Source of the DNA: Leptospira sp.
Lineage (GTDB): Bacteria; Spirochaetota; Leptospiria; Leptospirales; Leptospiraceae
Assembly (NCBI GenBank): GCA_034439575.1
Contig: JAWXAQ010000016.1
Span: forward strand, 128,001 to 192,000
Direction of reading: 5' to 3'
DNA: 64,000 nucleotides
In this document: positions 49,573 to 60,590 of the stretch, piece after piece
How the letters are laid out: each line of letters opens with the position of its first letter
How positions within the stretch are numbered: position 1 is the stretch's first letter
Program-made: the position numbers and the translations under genes
Notes under the pieces: generated by a model
What the model was told of the DNA's origin: nothing
The model's database searches: none
Seen by the model: the letters and a program-made list of their open reading frames with translations, nothing else

Positions 49573-50241
49573 TCAAGTACTTTTCGAATTTGTGTGTTTC
49601 AATTCTTCCAAGACAGTTGCCTGAAAAATCATCACTTGGGCTAAATAATAAGTAATCATTATGAGTAAGGATGCAATGGTTCGATTCAATTCTCTATTTA
49701 AAAACATTGAGTAGGCGATGATGGAATCAGAAAGCATAAATACTAAGGCCCCAAACAAGGCCAATTGGTAAATCTTCCTATTTGCGTCTCGACTTGCCGC
49801 TCTCCATCCCATAAGGCAGATCGCCGAAATATAAACCGAAACGGGTACTAACAAATTTCCCAAATGGGAACTTAAAAAATAAAAGAATGTAAGTCCAAAA
49901 AGAAGAAAAGGTAGTGAGTATAGCCACTGTGGTTTTGAGCCCAAAGAAAAAGCATAAGCATAGATCAATTGTGCAATGAGAAAGGAACCTAAGCCAGGAA
50001 CAAAGTAACCACTACCTGGGAGTGCCAAAAAGGAATCCCCGAAGAGAGAAAAAACCAATGCGATAAGGATGAGTTTTCCTTTTTTAGCGAGGTTCGTCCA
50101 AGATTTTCCCAGAGTGAAGATAAGCAGAAGGATCGGGAGGATCTTTGAGGGTAAAAAAAGATAATTTTCGCGAGTGATCGTACAAATAACGATTAAATGC
50201 AAAACGCTAAAGATTCCAAATAAAACTATTTCTTTTGTCAT
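49573..50241 (-). CDS. Lysoplasmalogenase (YhhN/TMEM86) family protein
   Basis: K.LP, ALVFSLFGD.FL, GLGSFLIAQ..Y, GALVFMLSDS, TYYLAQ. Start set at MTKEIV (50241). Confidence 0.88.
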   Translation of the reverse strand: MTKEIVLFGIFSVLHLIVICTITRENYLFLPSKILPILLLIFTLGKSWTNLAKKGKLILIALVFSLFGDSFLALPGSGYFVPGLGSFLIAQLIYAYAFSLGSKPQWLYSLPFLLFGLTFFYFLSSHLGNLLVPVSVYISAICLMGWRAASRDANRKIYQLALFGALVFMLSDSIIAYSMFLNRELNRTIASLLIMITYYLAQVMIFQATVLEELKHTNSKST

Positions 50242-50306
50242 AATTCTTACTTTACAGTATGGTCTTTCATGGATTTTATCATAAGTGAAACCAAGTGTTT
50301 GATTAT

Positions 50307-50612
50307 ATGAATCTATTACATCGCATGTCCATCTTTTTCTTAGTTTGCCTTTGCACATTCAACCTTCAGGCTCGAGAAGTACCGAGCGGTGGGGAAATGC
50401 TCCTCGACGTCATCCTCGCAAGACCCGTTGGACTTGCGGGCACTGCTCTTGGAACAGCTGCTTGGCTTGTAGCCACTCCCTTTACATTGCTTTCTGGAAC
50501 ATGGAAACAATCTGCAAGAAGGCTTGTTCTTTATCCTGCTAAATTCACATTCATTCGTGGACTCGGCGATTTCCCTGGATATATGGAAGACTACGAAACG
50601 GTCGAGGATTAG
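50307..50612 (+). CDS. Small hypothetical membrane protein
   Basis: Signal-like N-terminus and D.ILARPVGLAGT.LG....LVATPFT..SG....LV..PA.FTF.R.LG pattern; directly upstream of mutA. Confidence 0.65.
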   Translation: MNLLHRMSIFFLVCLCTFNLQAREVPSGGEMLLDVILARPVGLAGTALGTAAWLVATPFTLLSGTWKQSARRLVLYPAKFTFIRGLGDFPGYMEDYETVED

Positions 50613-50613
50613 A

Positions 50614-52446
50614 TTGGAAGAAATATTATTTTCAGAATTTCCAGAAATCACAAACGAAGACTGGAAAAACACCATCGTAAAAGATTTAAAAGGAACACCT
50701 TACGAAAAGGTTCAGTGGAAAACGGAAGATGGTTTAACTATAGAGCCGTTTTATCGAAAATCAGATCTTACATTCAAACTTCCGAATATAAAGAAACAAG
50801 ATAGAGGTTGGAACATCACTGAGTCCATCTTCGAAAACGCTTCACTCACCCTAGCGAATGAAAAGGCAAAGACTGCTCTTAGTGCAGGCGTCAACTCCCT
50901 ACTCTTTGTATCCCATGCAGAAGGTGGAAAATCTTTTGGTGTTCCGATCAATTCGCCCATGGACATACCAAAGTTATTGAATGGTATTGATCTCAAAACT
51001 ACATCCATTTTTTTATCAATAGCAAACCGCACACCCGATTTTGCGAAAGAGATACGTTCTCTCGCTCAAGGTTCAAAACAAATTTTTCTCGACTATGACC
51101 CACTTGGAACTGCTTTGTTATGTGGTGAGCATGGTGCCACGGAAGATAAAGTAAAATCAAATTTAGGCTCACTTAGTTCCACTGGGAACGAACGATTTAT
51201 ATGCGTTCATTCTTATTATTTACGTGATGCTGGTGCCAGCGTATCACAAGAATTATCCTATTCTCTTGCATGGGGATTAGAATATTTGAATGCACTTGTG
51301 GATTCGGGAGTATCCCCTTCCCTTGCGGCAAAATCAATTTGGTTTTGGATGGGAATTGGTACAGATTATTTTACGGAAATCGCAAAGATCAGAGCCTTCC
51401 GTCTAACATGGAGTCAGATTTTAGATACTTTTGAAAAAGGACTAGGCGATATCTCACCTGCCATCATTCATGCATCTACGTCTGATTGGAACTATACAGC
51501 TTACGATCCTTATGTAAACATATTAAGAGGCACAACGGAAGCAATGTCTGCAGTGCTCGGTGGGGCAGACTTTGTGAATGTTAGTCCATTTGACAAAGTG
51601 TATGCGAACGCAAATGAATTTGGTGTACGAATTGCACGCAATTCCCAACTCCTTCTAAAACATGAAGCCTATTTAGATAAGGTAGAAGACCCATCATCTG
51701 GCTCTTACTATCTTGAAAATCTCAGTTATAAACTGGGTGAAATTGCCTGGAAAGGATTTCAAGATATAGAAAAGTTAGGTGGATTTCAAAATGCTTTAGA
51801 AACAGGCGTGATCCAGTCGGCGATTGAAATTTCAGCCAAAGAAAAAAGAGAGGCCATTGCCTCAAAAAAACAAACCTTACTTGGCACTAACCAATACCCT
51901 CTCACAACAGAAAGGCATGCTGATTTAAGTGAAAAAATTGCCGAAACTAAAAAACTATTAGAATTTCCAAACAATGGGAAATTCAAACGCATTTTACCCT
52001 TGCGCCTATCATATGATTTTGATAGATTAAGAGTACTTACCGACAAACACATAGAAAGTGGAAAGCCAATACCGAAAGTATTTTTACTGACCATTGGTGA
52101 CTTAAATATGCGTAAGGCACGGGCAGGATTTTCTTCAAATTTTATTGGGTGTTTAGGTTATGAAATTTTGGACAATCCTGGCTTTAATTCAATAACAGAT
52201 GGAATCTCTGCGGCCAAAAATGCAAAGGCCGATATTGTTGTGTTATGCTCCTCGGACGAAGAATATACTAAATTCCTACCCGAATTTGCAGACCAAATCA
52301 AAAAAGATCTCCCAAAAGTTTGGCCAATTATTGCCGGTTATCCGAAAGAACTCATTGGCTTAGCCGAAGAAAAAGGTATCAGTGATTTTATCCATTTAAA
52401 ACGAAACCTGATAGAGTTTATGGAAAAAGCACAGGCAAGGTTATAA
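50614..52446 (+). CDS. mutA: Methylmalonyl-CoA mutase small (beta) subunit
   Basis: LFSEFP....EDW, EIAKIRAFR..W, DPYVNILRGTTEAMSA..GG, RIARN.Q, DPSSGSYY.E, LCSSDEEY; no DxHxxG. TTG 50614 has a GAGGA RBS; track starts at 50524. Confidence 0.88.
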   Translation: MEEILFSEFPEITNEDWKNTIVKDLKGTPYEKVQWKTEDGLTIEPFYRKSDLTFKLPNIKKQDRGWNITESIFENASLTLANEKAKTALSAGVNSLLFVSHAEGGKSFGVPINSPMDIPKLLNGIDLKTTSIFLSIANRTPDFAKEIRSLAQGSKQIFLDYDPLGTALLCGEHGATEDKVKSNLGSLSSTGNERFICVHSYYLRDAGASVSQELSYSLAWGLEYLNALVDSGVSPSLAAKSIWFWMGIGTDYFTEIAKIRAFRLTWSQILDTFEKGLGDISPAIIHASTSDWNYTAYDPYVNILRGTTEAMSAVLGGADFVNVSPFDKVYANANEFGVRIARNSQLLLKHEAYLDKVEDPSSGSYYLENLSYKLGEIAWKGFQDIEKLGGFQNALETGVIQSAIEISAKEKREAIASKKQTLLGTNQYPLTTERHADLSEKIAETKKLLEFPNNGKFKRILPLRLSYDFDRLRVLTDKHIESGKPIPKVFLLTIGDLNMRKARAGFSSNFIGCLGYEILDNPGFNSITDGISAAKNAKADIVVLCSSDEEYTKFLPEFADQIKKDLPKVWPIIAGYPKELIGLAEEKGISDFIHLKRNLIEFMEKAQARL

Positions 52447-52455
52447 GGAAATTAT

Positions 52456-54591
52456 ATGCGTCCTGATTTTACTAAGATTTCATTTCAAATACCCGAATCT
52501 TCACCAAACAAAAAATCTACGTCTCTTTGGCAAACACCAGAAGGCATTCCGATCCAATCCAGATATGAAAATGAAGATTTAAAAGGCCTAGAACATTTAG
52601 GTTACGCGGCAGGCATAACACCCTATCTACGTGGGCCCTATTCAACTATGTATGTTAATAAACCTTGGACAGTCCGCCAGTACGCGGGGTTTTCCACAGC
52701 CGAAGAATCCAATGCTTTTTATAGAAGAAACTTAGCCGCGGGCCAAAAAGGCTTATCTGTAGCTTTTGATCTCGCAACTCACAGAGGTTATGATTCTGAC
52801 CACGAACGAGTTGTAGGTGATGTCGGGAAAGCAGGAGTTGCTATAGACTCAGTACTCGACATGAAGATATTGTTTGATCAGATCCCTCTCGATCAAATGT
52901 CTGTATCTATGACTATGAACGGTGCTGTGATTCCCGTCATGGCATTTTATATAGTCGCCGCAGAAGAACAAGGAGTCACAAAAGATAAGTTAGCTGGCAC
53001 AATACAAAACGATATCCTAAAAGAATTTATGGTGAGAAATACATATATTTACCCACCAAAACATTCCATGAAAATTATAGCGGATATCTTCGGTTATACG
53101 TCCAAGTATATGCCAAAGTTTAACTCGATCTCTATTTCTGGATACCATATGCAAGAAGCTGGTGCCACAGCAGATCTTGAGCTTGCTTATACTTTAGCTG
53201 ATGGATGGGAATATTTAAAAACAGGTATCGCATCTGGTTTGAACGTAGATGAATTTGCACCAAGGCTTTCCTTCTTTTGGGCCATTGGTATGAACCATTT
53301 TATGGAAATTGCAAAAATGCGTGCTGGCCGACTGCTTTGGGCAAAAATTGTAAACCAATTCAAACCAAAAAATTTAAAGTCCATGGCTCTTCGTACGCAT
53401 TGCCAAACTTCAGGCTGGTCACTCACTGAACAAGATCCATTTAACAACGTCGGGCGAACTTGTGTTGAAGCAATGGCTGCTGCACTCGGACATACGCAAT
53501 CTTTGCACACAAATGCATTGGATGAAGCTATAGCTCTACCTACTGATTTTTCTGCCCGCATAGCACGTAACACACAGATATATTTGCAAGAAGAAACAAA
53601 TATTCACAGAGTCATCGATCCTTGGGGTGGCTCACATTACGTTGAAAAACTCACTCATGATTTGGTTCATAAGGCATGGACACTCATCCAAGAAGTACAA
53701 AAGTTAGGTGGAATGGCAGAAGCGATTGAAACTGGTATTCCTAAAATGCGTATCGAAGAAGCTGCTGCACGCAAACAAGCAAGAATTGATTCTGGAAAAG
53801 ACATTATTGTCGGTGTGAATAAATATCGTCTAACAAAAGAAGCACCGATTGACATCCTTGACATTGATAACACTGCCGTTCGTGAATCTCAAATTCGCAG
53901 ACTCAACAAAATGAAAGCAGAACGTGACAATTCTGCTGTGGAAGCCGCTTTAAATGCGATTACAAAATGTGCGGAAACAGGAAATGGAAACTTACTTGAG
54001 TTAGCCGTCGATGCCGCTAGAAAAAGAGCTTCTCTTGGTGAAATTTCATTTGCTATGGAAAAAGTTTTTGGAAGGTACAAAGCTGTGATAAGATCTATTT
54101 CCGGCGTTTATTCATCTGAAATATCCGAAGATAAAGGATTTATAGAAGCTCGAGGACTTGCTGATGAATTTTCAAAACTGGAAGGTCGTAGGCCGAGAAT
54201 CATGGTCGCAAAAATGGGCCAAGATGGTCATGATCGTGGTGCGAAAGTCATATCAACAAGTTTTGCGGATATGGGCTTTGACGTGGATATCGGGCCACTG
54301 TTTCAGACACCAGCCGAAGTCGCCAAACAAGTTGTAGAAAATGATGCTCATATTTTAGGAGTTTCATCTCTGGCCGCAGGACACAAAACACTTGTTCCTC
54401 AAGTAATTGAAGAATTAAAAAAATTGGGTGCGGAGGACGTTCTCGTGGTTGTTGGTGGTGTGATTCCAGCACAAGATTATGACTTTTTATATAAATCTGG
54501 TGCCACAGCAATTTTTGGACCTGGAACCGTTATATCAGAAGCCGCCAAACAAATCTTAACGATTATGTTAAATGAACGGAGAGTCGCTTAA
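52456..54591 (+). CDS. scpA: Methylmalonyl-CoA mutase large (catalytic, B12-binding) subunit
   Basis: [33 protein letters not shown]12 motif [12 protein letters not shown]. Confidence 0.96.
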   Translation: MRPDFTKISFQIPESSPNKKSTSLWQTPEGIPIQSRYENEDLKGLEHLGYAAGITPYLRGPYSTMYVNKPWTVRQYAGFSTAEESNAFYRRNLAAGQKGLSVAFDLATHRGYDSDHERVVGDVGKAGVAIDSVLDMKILFDQIPLDQMSVSMTMNGAVIPVMAFYIVAAEEQGVTKDKLAGTIQNDILKEFMVRNTYIYPPKHSMKIIADIFGYTSKYMPKFNSISISGYHMQEAGATADLELAYTLADGWEYLKTGIASGLNVDEFAPRLSFFWAIGMNHFMEIAKMRAGRLLWAKIVNQFKPKNLKSMALRTHCQTSGWSLTEQDPFNNVGRTCVEAMAAALGHTQSLHTNALDEAIALPTDFSARIARNTQIYLQEETNIHRVIDPWGGSHYVEKLTHDLVHKAWTLIQEVQKLGGMAEAIETGIPKMRIEEAAARKQARIDSGKDIIVGVNKYRLTKEAPIDILDIDNTAVRESQIRRLNKMKAERDNSAVEAALNAITKCAETGNGNLLELAVDAARKRASLGEISFAMEKVFGRYKAVIRSISGVYSSEISEDKGFIEARGLADEFSKLEGRRPRIMVAKMGQDGHDRGAKVISTSFADMGFDVDIGPLFQTPAEVAKQVVENDAHILGVSSLAAGHKTLVPQVIEELKKLGAEDVLVVVGGVIPAQDYDFLYKSGATAIFGPGTVISEAAKQILTIMLNERRVA

Positions 54592-55681
54592 TCAAAAAGA
54601 TTCATCAGAGGAGCTGTCCCCTTCACCGAGCGCCATGAGCGTGATGCCAGGTGTAGAGGCGGCTCCCTCAATTAGCCCTTACGTCACCAAACAAAGGGAA
54701 AGCCATAAAAAAACAAAAATGTCGATTTCCGAATTGGCAAATGGCATTTTAGAAGGGAATCGAACTCTTCTTTCCAAGGCCATCACTCTCGTCGAAAGTA
54801 ACCGCGACGATCATAACGATACAGCACAAAGTATATTAGAAGAAGTACTTCCCCATTCAGGAAAAAGTATTCGTATCGGTATCACAGGTGTTCCTGGTGT
54901 CGGCAAATCAACGTTTATCGAAAGTTTTGGCACGTATCTTATTAAAAAAGGGCATAAGGTTGCAGTCCTTGCCATTGATCCCAGTTCCCAAAGAACCAAA
55001 GGAAGTATTTTAGGTGATAAAACTAGAATGGAAGCCCTTTCGAAATCGGAGTCTGCTTTTATTCGTCCTTCACCTAGCAGTGGTTCCCTTGGAGGAGTAG
55101 CTAGAAAAACAAGAGAATCAGTTTATCTTTGTGAGGCGGCTGGCTTTGATGTAATTATTATAGAAACTGTTGGTGTTGGGCAATCGGAAACACAAGTGCA
55201 TTCCATGGTAGATTTCTTTTTGTTACTGATGCTTGCCGGAGCTGGCGATGAGCTGCAAGGCATCAAACGTGGGATCATGGAGATGGCAGACTTGATTGCG
55301 ATCAATAAGGCTGATGGCAAAAACGAACCGTTTGCGACTAGAGCTAGGGCTGAATACGAATCCGCCTTACATTTGTTCCCTCCTCCTGATTCAAAATGGA
55401 CTGCTCGCGCAATAACTTGCAGTAGCATTGATGGCAAGGGCATTGAAGAAATTTGGAATTTAATACAAGACTACCAAAAGACTACAACCGAAAATCAATA
55501 CTTTGAATCTAACCGAAAAGACCAAATGAAAATGTGGTTTGAAGAAACATTAAAAGAAGCCGTCTTAGATCAGTTTTATGATAAGTTAGGCATTAGAGAG
55601 AAAATAGCCAAAGCAGAAGACAATGTCTTTTTAGGAAAATCTTCAGTGACCAAAGAAATAAAACAAATATTAAAATCGTAA
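54572..55681 (+). CDS. meaB: Methylmalonyl-CoA mutase-associated GTPase MeaB
   Basis: [47 protein letters not shown]. Confidence 0.95.
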   Translation: MNGESLNQKDSSEELSPSPSAMSVMPGVEAAPSISPYVTKQRESHKKTKMSISELANGILEGNRTLLSKAITLVESNRDDHNDTAQSILEEVLPHSGKSIRIGITGVPGVGKSTFIESFGTYLIKKGHKVAVLAIDPSSQRTKGSILGDKTRMEALSKSESAFIRPSPSSGSLGGVARKTRESVYLCEAAGFDVIIIETVGVGQSETQVHSMVDFFLLLMLAGAGDELQGIKRGIMEMADLIAINKADGKNEPFATRARAEYESALHLFPPPDSKWTARAITCSSIDGKGIEEIWNLIQDYQKTTTENQYFESNRKDQMKMWFEETLKEAVLDQFYDKLGIREKIAKAEDNVFLGKSSVTKEIKQILKS

Positions 55682-55733
55682 AAATAGTATCCCAATAAAC
55701 CTCAATATAGCAATGAAATTTTTGTTTTAAGTT

Positions 55734-56921
55734 ATGAAAGAAAAAATTACTAAACTCGGATTATTTTCCATCACACAAACCTTCTTTCAAGTGGGAAGTA
55801 TTATGATCATGGCAGTTAGTGCATTAGCTGGCCAAACTCTTTCTTCTGATCCAAAAAGCGCGGCTCTTCCGCTATCGCTTGTTATCTTTGGAACATTGGT
55901 TGGCTTATTTCCTGCATCTTATTTGATGCGTGTTTTTGGAAGGAAACGAGGATTACTCACGGGTACGAGCATTGGTATTTTGGGGTCAATTGTCATATCA
56001 TTTGGTTTATATCATCACAACTTTATTATATTTACACTTGGTCATCTTTTATACGGCTTTCACCAATCATTTTTGCAATACTTAAGATTTACAGCCATGG
56101 AAAGTGTTCCACATAAGGATAGAGCGAGTGCTCTGTCTTGGATTCTTATCGCAGGGATTCCTGCGGCTTTCATCGGCCCCCTAACAGGATTGTATGGCAA
56201 GACACTTTTCCCAAATTTTTTATTTTTAGGATGCTTTGTACTTCTAACGGCTGTATTGTGTATTCAATTTTTACTTATCACACAATTTCCGCAAATTAAA
56301 AAAACCACAGAAGAAGAAATTAAACAAAGTTTAGACGAACATACTTCAAGACCATTTAATTATCATATAAAAAATCTGGGATTGTGGACTTCTATCGTAT
56401 CAACTGCTTTTGGATTTGGCCTTATGGTTATGTTAATGTCAGCGGTTCCTGTTGCTATGAAATCCCATGGCCACCATATGTCCGCATCTACTTTGGTAAT
56501 CCAATGGCATGTTTTAGGAATGTACATTCCTTCTTTTTTTTCAGGTACTCTAGTTAGGCGACTTGGCTCGCCAAAATTAATTTTTGTCGGTATAATGGTT
56601 ATGGGTATTGAAGTATTCACTGCCTTACAAGGAGTAGATTTTTTACCCTTTGCATTAGCACTTATAATGCTCGGTATCGGATGGAATTTTATGTATGTTG
56701 GTGGAACAAACCTACTCGTAGAACAGTACCATCCATCTGAAAAAAACATGATACAAGCAGTAAATGATACGATTATCTATAGCGTAGCTACAATAGCAAC
56801 GTACAGTTCGGCATATTTAGAAACAAAAATAGGATGGTTCGGTTTGAACTTATCGAGTATTCCATTCCTTGTGATAGTTAGTTTATTTATCTTATTTTAT
56901 CTAAAAAAAGAAAAAATCTAA
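55734..56921 (+). CDS. MFS transporter
   Basis: About 12 TM helices; LMRVFGRKRG, YLRF.A.E, IQWHVLGMYIPSFFSG, GWNF.YVGGT. Confidence 0.88.
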   Translation: MKEKITKLGLFSITQTFFQVGSIMIMAVSALAGQTLSSDPKSAALPLSLVIFGTLVGLFPASYLMRVFGRKRGLLTGTSIGILGSIVISFGLYHHNFIIFTLGHLLYGFHQSFLQYLRFTAMESVPHKDRASALSWILIAGIPAAFIGPLTGLYGKTLFPNFLFLGCFVLLTAVLCIQFLLITQFPQIKKTTEEEIKQSLDEHTSRPFNYHIKNLGLWTSIVSTAFGFGLMVMLMSAVPVAMKSHGHHMSASTLVIQWHVLGMYIPSFFSGTLVRRLGSPKLIFVGIMVMGIEVFTALQGVDFLPFALALIMLGIGWNFMYVGGTNLLVEQYHPSEKNMIQAVNDTIIYSVATIATYSSAYLETKIGWFGLNLSSIPFLVIVSLFILFYLKKEKI

Positions 56922-56955
56922 TTTAGTACATTGAAATGATTTAAATTAGATTTTT
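56912..56955. terminator. AT-rich inverted repeat between convergent genes (possible bidirectional terminator)
   Basis: Perfect 14-bp arms AAAAATCTAATTTA / TAAATTAGATTTTT with a 16-nt loop. Confidence 0.45.
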
Positions 56956-56967
56956 CTAATTGACCAA

Positions 56968-57330
56968 TCAGTCGATGGCGTGTTTACTCATATGTTGCAT
57001 GAGAAGAGCTTTGTCATTTTCGAAAATCTGATTGAATTCAAGACCGACTTCATAGTATTCCCCATCATTAAATTCTTCTAAACGCACAACCTTTGCCTTT
57101 GGGTACAAAACATATCTAACATCTGGAAAACGAATTTCAAGTTCCAGTCTCGTGCCAAGTGGGATAGGATCTCGCGTCGTAAAGAGCAAACCCCCAGCAG
57201 AAATATCTTGCGAATCCCCTTCACCATGATCTTTGGGAGAGAAATTTTGACCCTGACCTACTTGTATGACTCGGTAGGTCAGATGAATTTTTTCCTTTAT
57301 GCGTTTGTAAATTCGCTTCTCGTAAGACAT
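56968..57330 (-). CDS. Stand-alone PilZ-domain protein (c-di-GMP receptor)
   Basis: RxxxR (RIYKR), DxSxxG (DISAGG), GLEF. ATG 57330 chosen; track starts at 57366. Confidence 0.88.
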   Translation of the reverse strand: MSYEKRIYKRIKEKIHLTYRVIQVGQGQNFSPKDHGEGDSQDISAGGLLFTTRDPIPLGTRLELEIRFPDVRYVLYPKAKVVRLEEFNDGEYYEVGLEFNQIFENDKALLMQHMSKHAID

Positions 57331-57374
57331 GGTTGTAAAGTCACACCGATTTAAAAAGAAATACAAGCCGAATT

Positions 57375-60300
57375 TTATTCATCTAAATCTTTCAATTCCA
57401 ATCCGTAATCTGGTCTGAACTTTGATTCCACCCATTCTCTAAATCGATCTATGTATCCAAAGACTGCCGGCACAACAACGAGCGTTATCACAGTAGATAA
57501 AATCAAACCGCCAATAATTGCAATCCCCATAGCTGTTCTCGATTTTGAGGCTTCACCGATTCCGAGTGCAATGGGTAGAGTACCTGCTATCATAGCGAGT
57601 GAAGTCATAAGAATTGGGCGGAGTCTCTTTACACCCGCATCAAAGATAGCATCATTACGAGACATTCCTTGTACTTTCATCGCTTGGATCGCATGGTCTA
57701 CAAGTAAGATTGAGTTTTTAGCAACAAGGCCCATAAGTAATATAAGGCCGATCATACTAAACAAATTCAACATTTCACCTGTTAGTGCAAGCGCAAAGAA
57801 GGCTCCCGAAATTGCCGGCGGAATGGCAAAGAGTATAGTTATCGGTGTAATGAAAGATTCGTATAACGAAGCAAGTACTAAGTATATAAAAATCAGCGCC
57901 ATTCCAAAGGCTAAGATTATGTTTTGAATCAATTCTTTAAAATCTTCAGATTGTCCAACGAACGCAAAACTAATGCCAGGCGGAGGTGGGATTTTTTCTT
58001 TTAAAATCTTTGCGGCTGAATCTGTAGCTGAGGCAATGGCTCCTCCTGGGGACAAATTCGCATTGATGGGAATCACGCGCGAACGATCTTCTCTAATAAT
58101 TCGTGCTGGTGATGAACTCTCTTTGGCATCGGCTACTGCGGATAGAGGTATCATTCGATTTTGAATGTTTGGCACTTTTGTTTCTGAAAAATATTTACGT
58201 AAATTCCTTTGGTCTTCACGAAGCCTCAACCTAACATCATACTCAATGCCATTTTGTAAAAATTTTGCTACCTCACCACCTTCGATATGGTAACGTAGTT
58301 CCGCACCCATCACACCAGCGACCACTCCGACTGTTTGCATTTTTGATCTATCTGGCACAACTTGGAATTCTGGTTTACCTGTGCGATAACTCGTATCAAT
58401 ATCTGTTAGGTCAGGAATTGATTTTAACTCGCTCATGATTTTTGCAGAATAGGTCTCCAAGTCTTTTAAATTTTCGCCCTTAATATTTAAATTAAATGGG
58501 TATTGAACACCCCCACCCACGGCAGAATAATCATTCACTTTTGGTCTTGCAAAATTAAACTCTTTTAACAATTCGCGAACACTATCTTTGACATCGGCTG
58601 TAGTTCTTTTTCTGTATTCAGATGGCAATAAGGCAACTCCAATGGTTGCAATATTTGACTCGCCATCCGTATTACCGACGACAGTCGCTAAATAATCGAT
58701 TTCTGTTACTTTTGATTTTAAACTATTTTGTACTTTTTCCACTAACTGATACGTTCCAGAGAGAGAAGTACCTGGAGGCATCTCTACGTTAACCATAAAT
58801 TCCCCCTGATCATTGGCAGGAAGAAATGTCTTTTTCACGAATTTTAAAGAAAGAATACTTGAAACAAGTGTTAGTATGGTAAGCAAAATAACAATGGAAG
58901 GTTTCTTTAAGGCGAATCGCATGATATATGCATAACCACGATCTAAAAAACCCTGAAACTTATCAAAATTTCTCAGTACAAAATTTTTCTTTTGGTTATG
59001 TGTTTGTTTACCCGCAAAATAAGCAGATAACATAGGTGCAACGGTGAGTCCATCAAACAAGGAAATGATCATTGCAAAGACAACAGTTAGCCCGAATTGT
59101 TTAAAAAATTGACCCACGATCCCGGAAAGAAAACCAATGGGTAAAAAGACCGCAATCACAGTAAGCGAAGTACCGATCACGGCAAGAGTTACTTCCTCTG
59201 TACCTTTTCTCGCGGCAACCAATACTGATTCGCCTTCTTCTAGTTTCCGGAATATATTTTCCCGCACAACAATGGCATCATCAACAAGTAATCCAACGGC
59301 TAAAGACAGTGCCAGTAATGTCATCACGTTCATGGTAAAACCCATAGCATACATGATGATAAAAGCACCTAACATGGAGTTTGGGAGCGCCATTCCAGTA
59401 ATGATCGTTGATCGAACGTTCCCGAGAAATAAATATACCACTAGAACTGCAAGTAAAATGCCCAAAATGATTGCAAGAGTCACATCTTCAATATTGGCAC
59501 GAATCCAACGAGAACCATCTCTAACTAAAATGACTTTCGGGCTTCCAGCTTGGTCTTTGATCCTTTCATTGATTTGATTGATCTTTGTTATGATACCATC
59601 GGCTACTTCAACAGTATTTGACCCTGACTGTTTGTAAACATCAAGGAATAGTGCCCTCTTCTGTTCCCGCTTTTTATTTGGTGGATCGTATTTAAATAAT
59701 AACTTACCAATGGTGCTTGGTTCTTTGTGCTCTTCTACACTTGTGGGAGCATACAAATAGCCTAATGTTTGTTTGTCTTCCAAAGAATCAACAACTCTAC
59801 CCAAATCTTTAACGAGCACTCCACGACCGAACTCACCTCCAAAGGAAACAACAGTGTTTTCTATTTGCGAGAGAGATTCATATTTGGCAACCGTTCGAAA
59901 GGATGTTTCTGTAGCCCCGGAATCTACCTTACCTGCAGGGATATTGGTTCCCGAATTTTTAATCTGATTCGCAATGGCAAGTGCTGAAATTTGGTATGGA
60001 TTTATTTTATTGCGATCAAGTTCTATATGGATCTCTCGTCTGGCTCCACCGATAATTTTAACAGCACCGACATTGTTAACTTGTTCCAATTTAGTTTTGA
60101 TTTGTTCTTTTGCCAAATCATACAACTCCCCTTCCGGTAAATCGGCAAAAAGAGAAATCCGCATAACAGGCTGATCTGATGGATCAAATCTTTGAACGAG
60201 TGGTTCTTTAGCGGCTGTCGGTAACTTTGGTCTAACACGTGCAGTTCGATCTCTCACTTGTTGTTCCGCATACTTAATGTCAGTCGTGAGAGAAAACTCT

Positions 60301-60578
60301 GCCGATACGATGGAGATACCCTCTTGGTTACGTGAGGTTATCTTTTTAAGACCCGAAATAGAACTGAGTTCTTCTTCTAATAATTTAGAAATGGAAGTTT
60401 CAATTTCTTCAGGACCAGCACCAGGGTAAACAGTAGAAACAACTACGAATGGAATATTGATATCTGGAAATAAATCTACACCAATTCGTTTGAGACTGAT
60501 ATAGCCTGTAAAAACCATAAGAAGTACAAGTGAAGAAATAAAAATAGGACGTTTGATCGAAAAGGCTGCAATACTCAA
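57375..60578 (-). CDS. RND efflux transporter permease (AcrB/AcrD/AcrF family)
   Basis: SIKRP, YPGAGPEEIE, GLLVDDAIVVRENI, KNSILLVD, RLRPILMT. Confidence 0.95.
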   Translation of the reverse strand: MSIAAFSIKRPIFISSLVLLMVFTGYISLKRIGVDLFPDINIPFVVVSTVYPGAGPEEIETSISKLLEEELSSISGLKKITSRNQEGISIVSAEFSLTTDIKYAEQQVRDRTARVRPKLPTAAKEPLVQRFDPSDQPVMRISLFADLPEGELYDLAKEQIKTKLEQVNNVGAVKIIGGARREIHIELDRNKINPYQISALAIANQIKNSGTNIPAGKVDSGATETSFRTVAKYESLSQIENTVVSFGGEFGRGVLVKDLGRVVDSLEDKQTLGYLYAPTSVEEHKEPSTIGKLLFKYDPPNKKREQKRALFLDVYKQSGSNTVEVADGIITKINQINERIKDQAGSPKVILVRDGSRWIRANIEDVTLAIILGILLAVLVVYLFLGNVRSTIITGMALPNSMLGAFIIMYAMGFTMNVMTLLALSLAVGLLVDDAIVVRENIFRKLEEGESVLVAARKGTEEVTLAVIGTSLTVIAVFLPIGFLSGIVGQFFKQFGLTVVFAMIISLFDGLTVAPMLSAYFAGKQTHNQKKNFVLRNFDKFQGFLDRGYAYIMRFALKKPSIVILLTILTLVSSILSLKFVKKTFLPANDQGEFMVNVEMPPGTSLSGTYQLVEKVQNSLKSKVTEIDYLATVVGNTDGESNIATIGVALLPSEYRKRTTADVKDSVRELLKEFNFARPKVNDYSAVGGGVQYPFNLNIKGENLKDLETYSAKIMSELKSIPDLTDIDTSYRTGKPEFQVVPDRSKMQTVGVVAGVMGAELRYHIEGGEVAKFLQNGIEYDVRLRLREDQRNLRKYFSETKVPNIQNRMIPLSAVADAKESSSPARIIREDRSRVIPINANLSPGGAIASATDSAAKILKEKIPPPPGISFAFVGQSEDFKELIQNIILAFGMALIFIYLVLASLYESFITPITILFAIPPAISGAFFALALTGEMLNLFSMIGLILLMGLVAKNSILLVDHAIQAMKVQGMSRNDAIFDAGVKRLRPILMTSLAMIAGTLPIALGIGEASKSRTAMGIAIIGGLILSTVITLVVVPAVFGYIDRFREWVESKFRPDYGLELKDLDE

Positions 60579-60590
60579 AGGAAGAACCCC

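Noticed and set aside
50614..52446. mutA as a degenerate pseudogene of the mutase
   Set aside because: Lack of the DxHxxG B12 motif is normal for the beta subunit of heterodimeric methylmalonyl-CoA mutases.
57451..60238. Several 60-160 aa ORFs inside the RND gene
   Set aside because: Antisense or alternate-frame shadows of a well-supported gene, with no motifs. The same applies to the short ORFs within SulP, htpX, TMEM43, mutB and the MFS gene.
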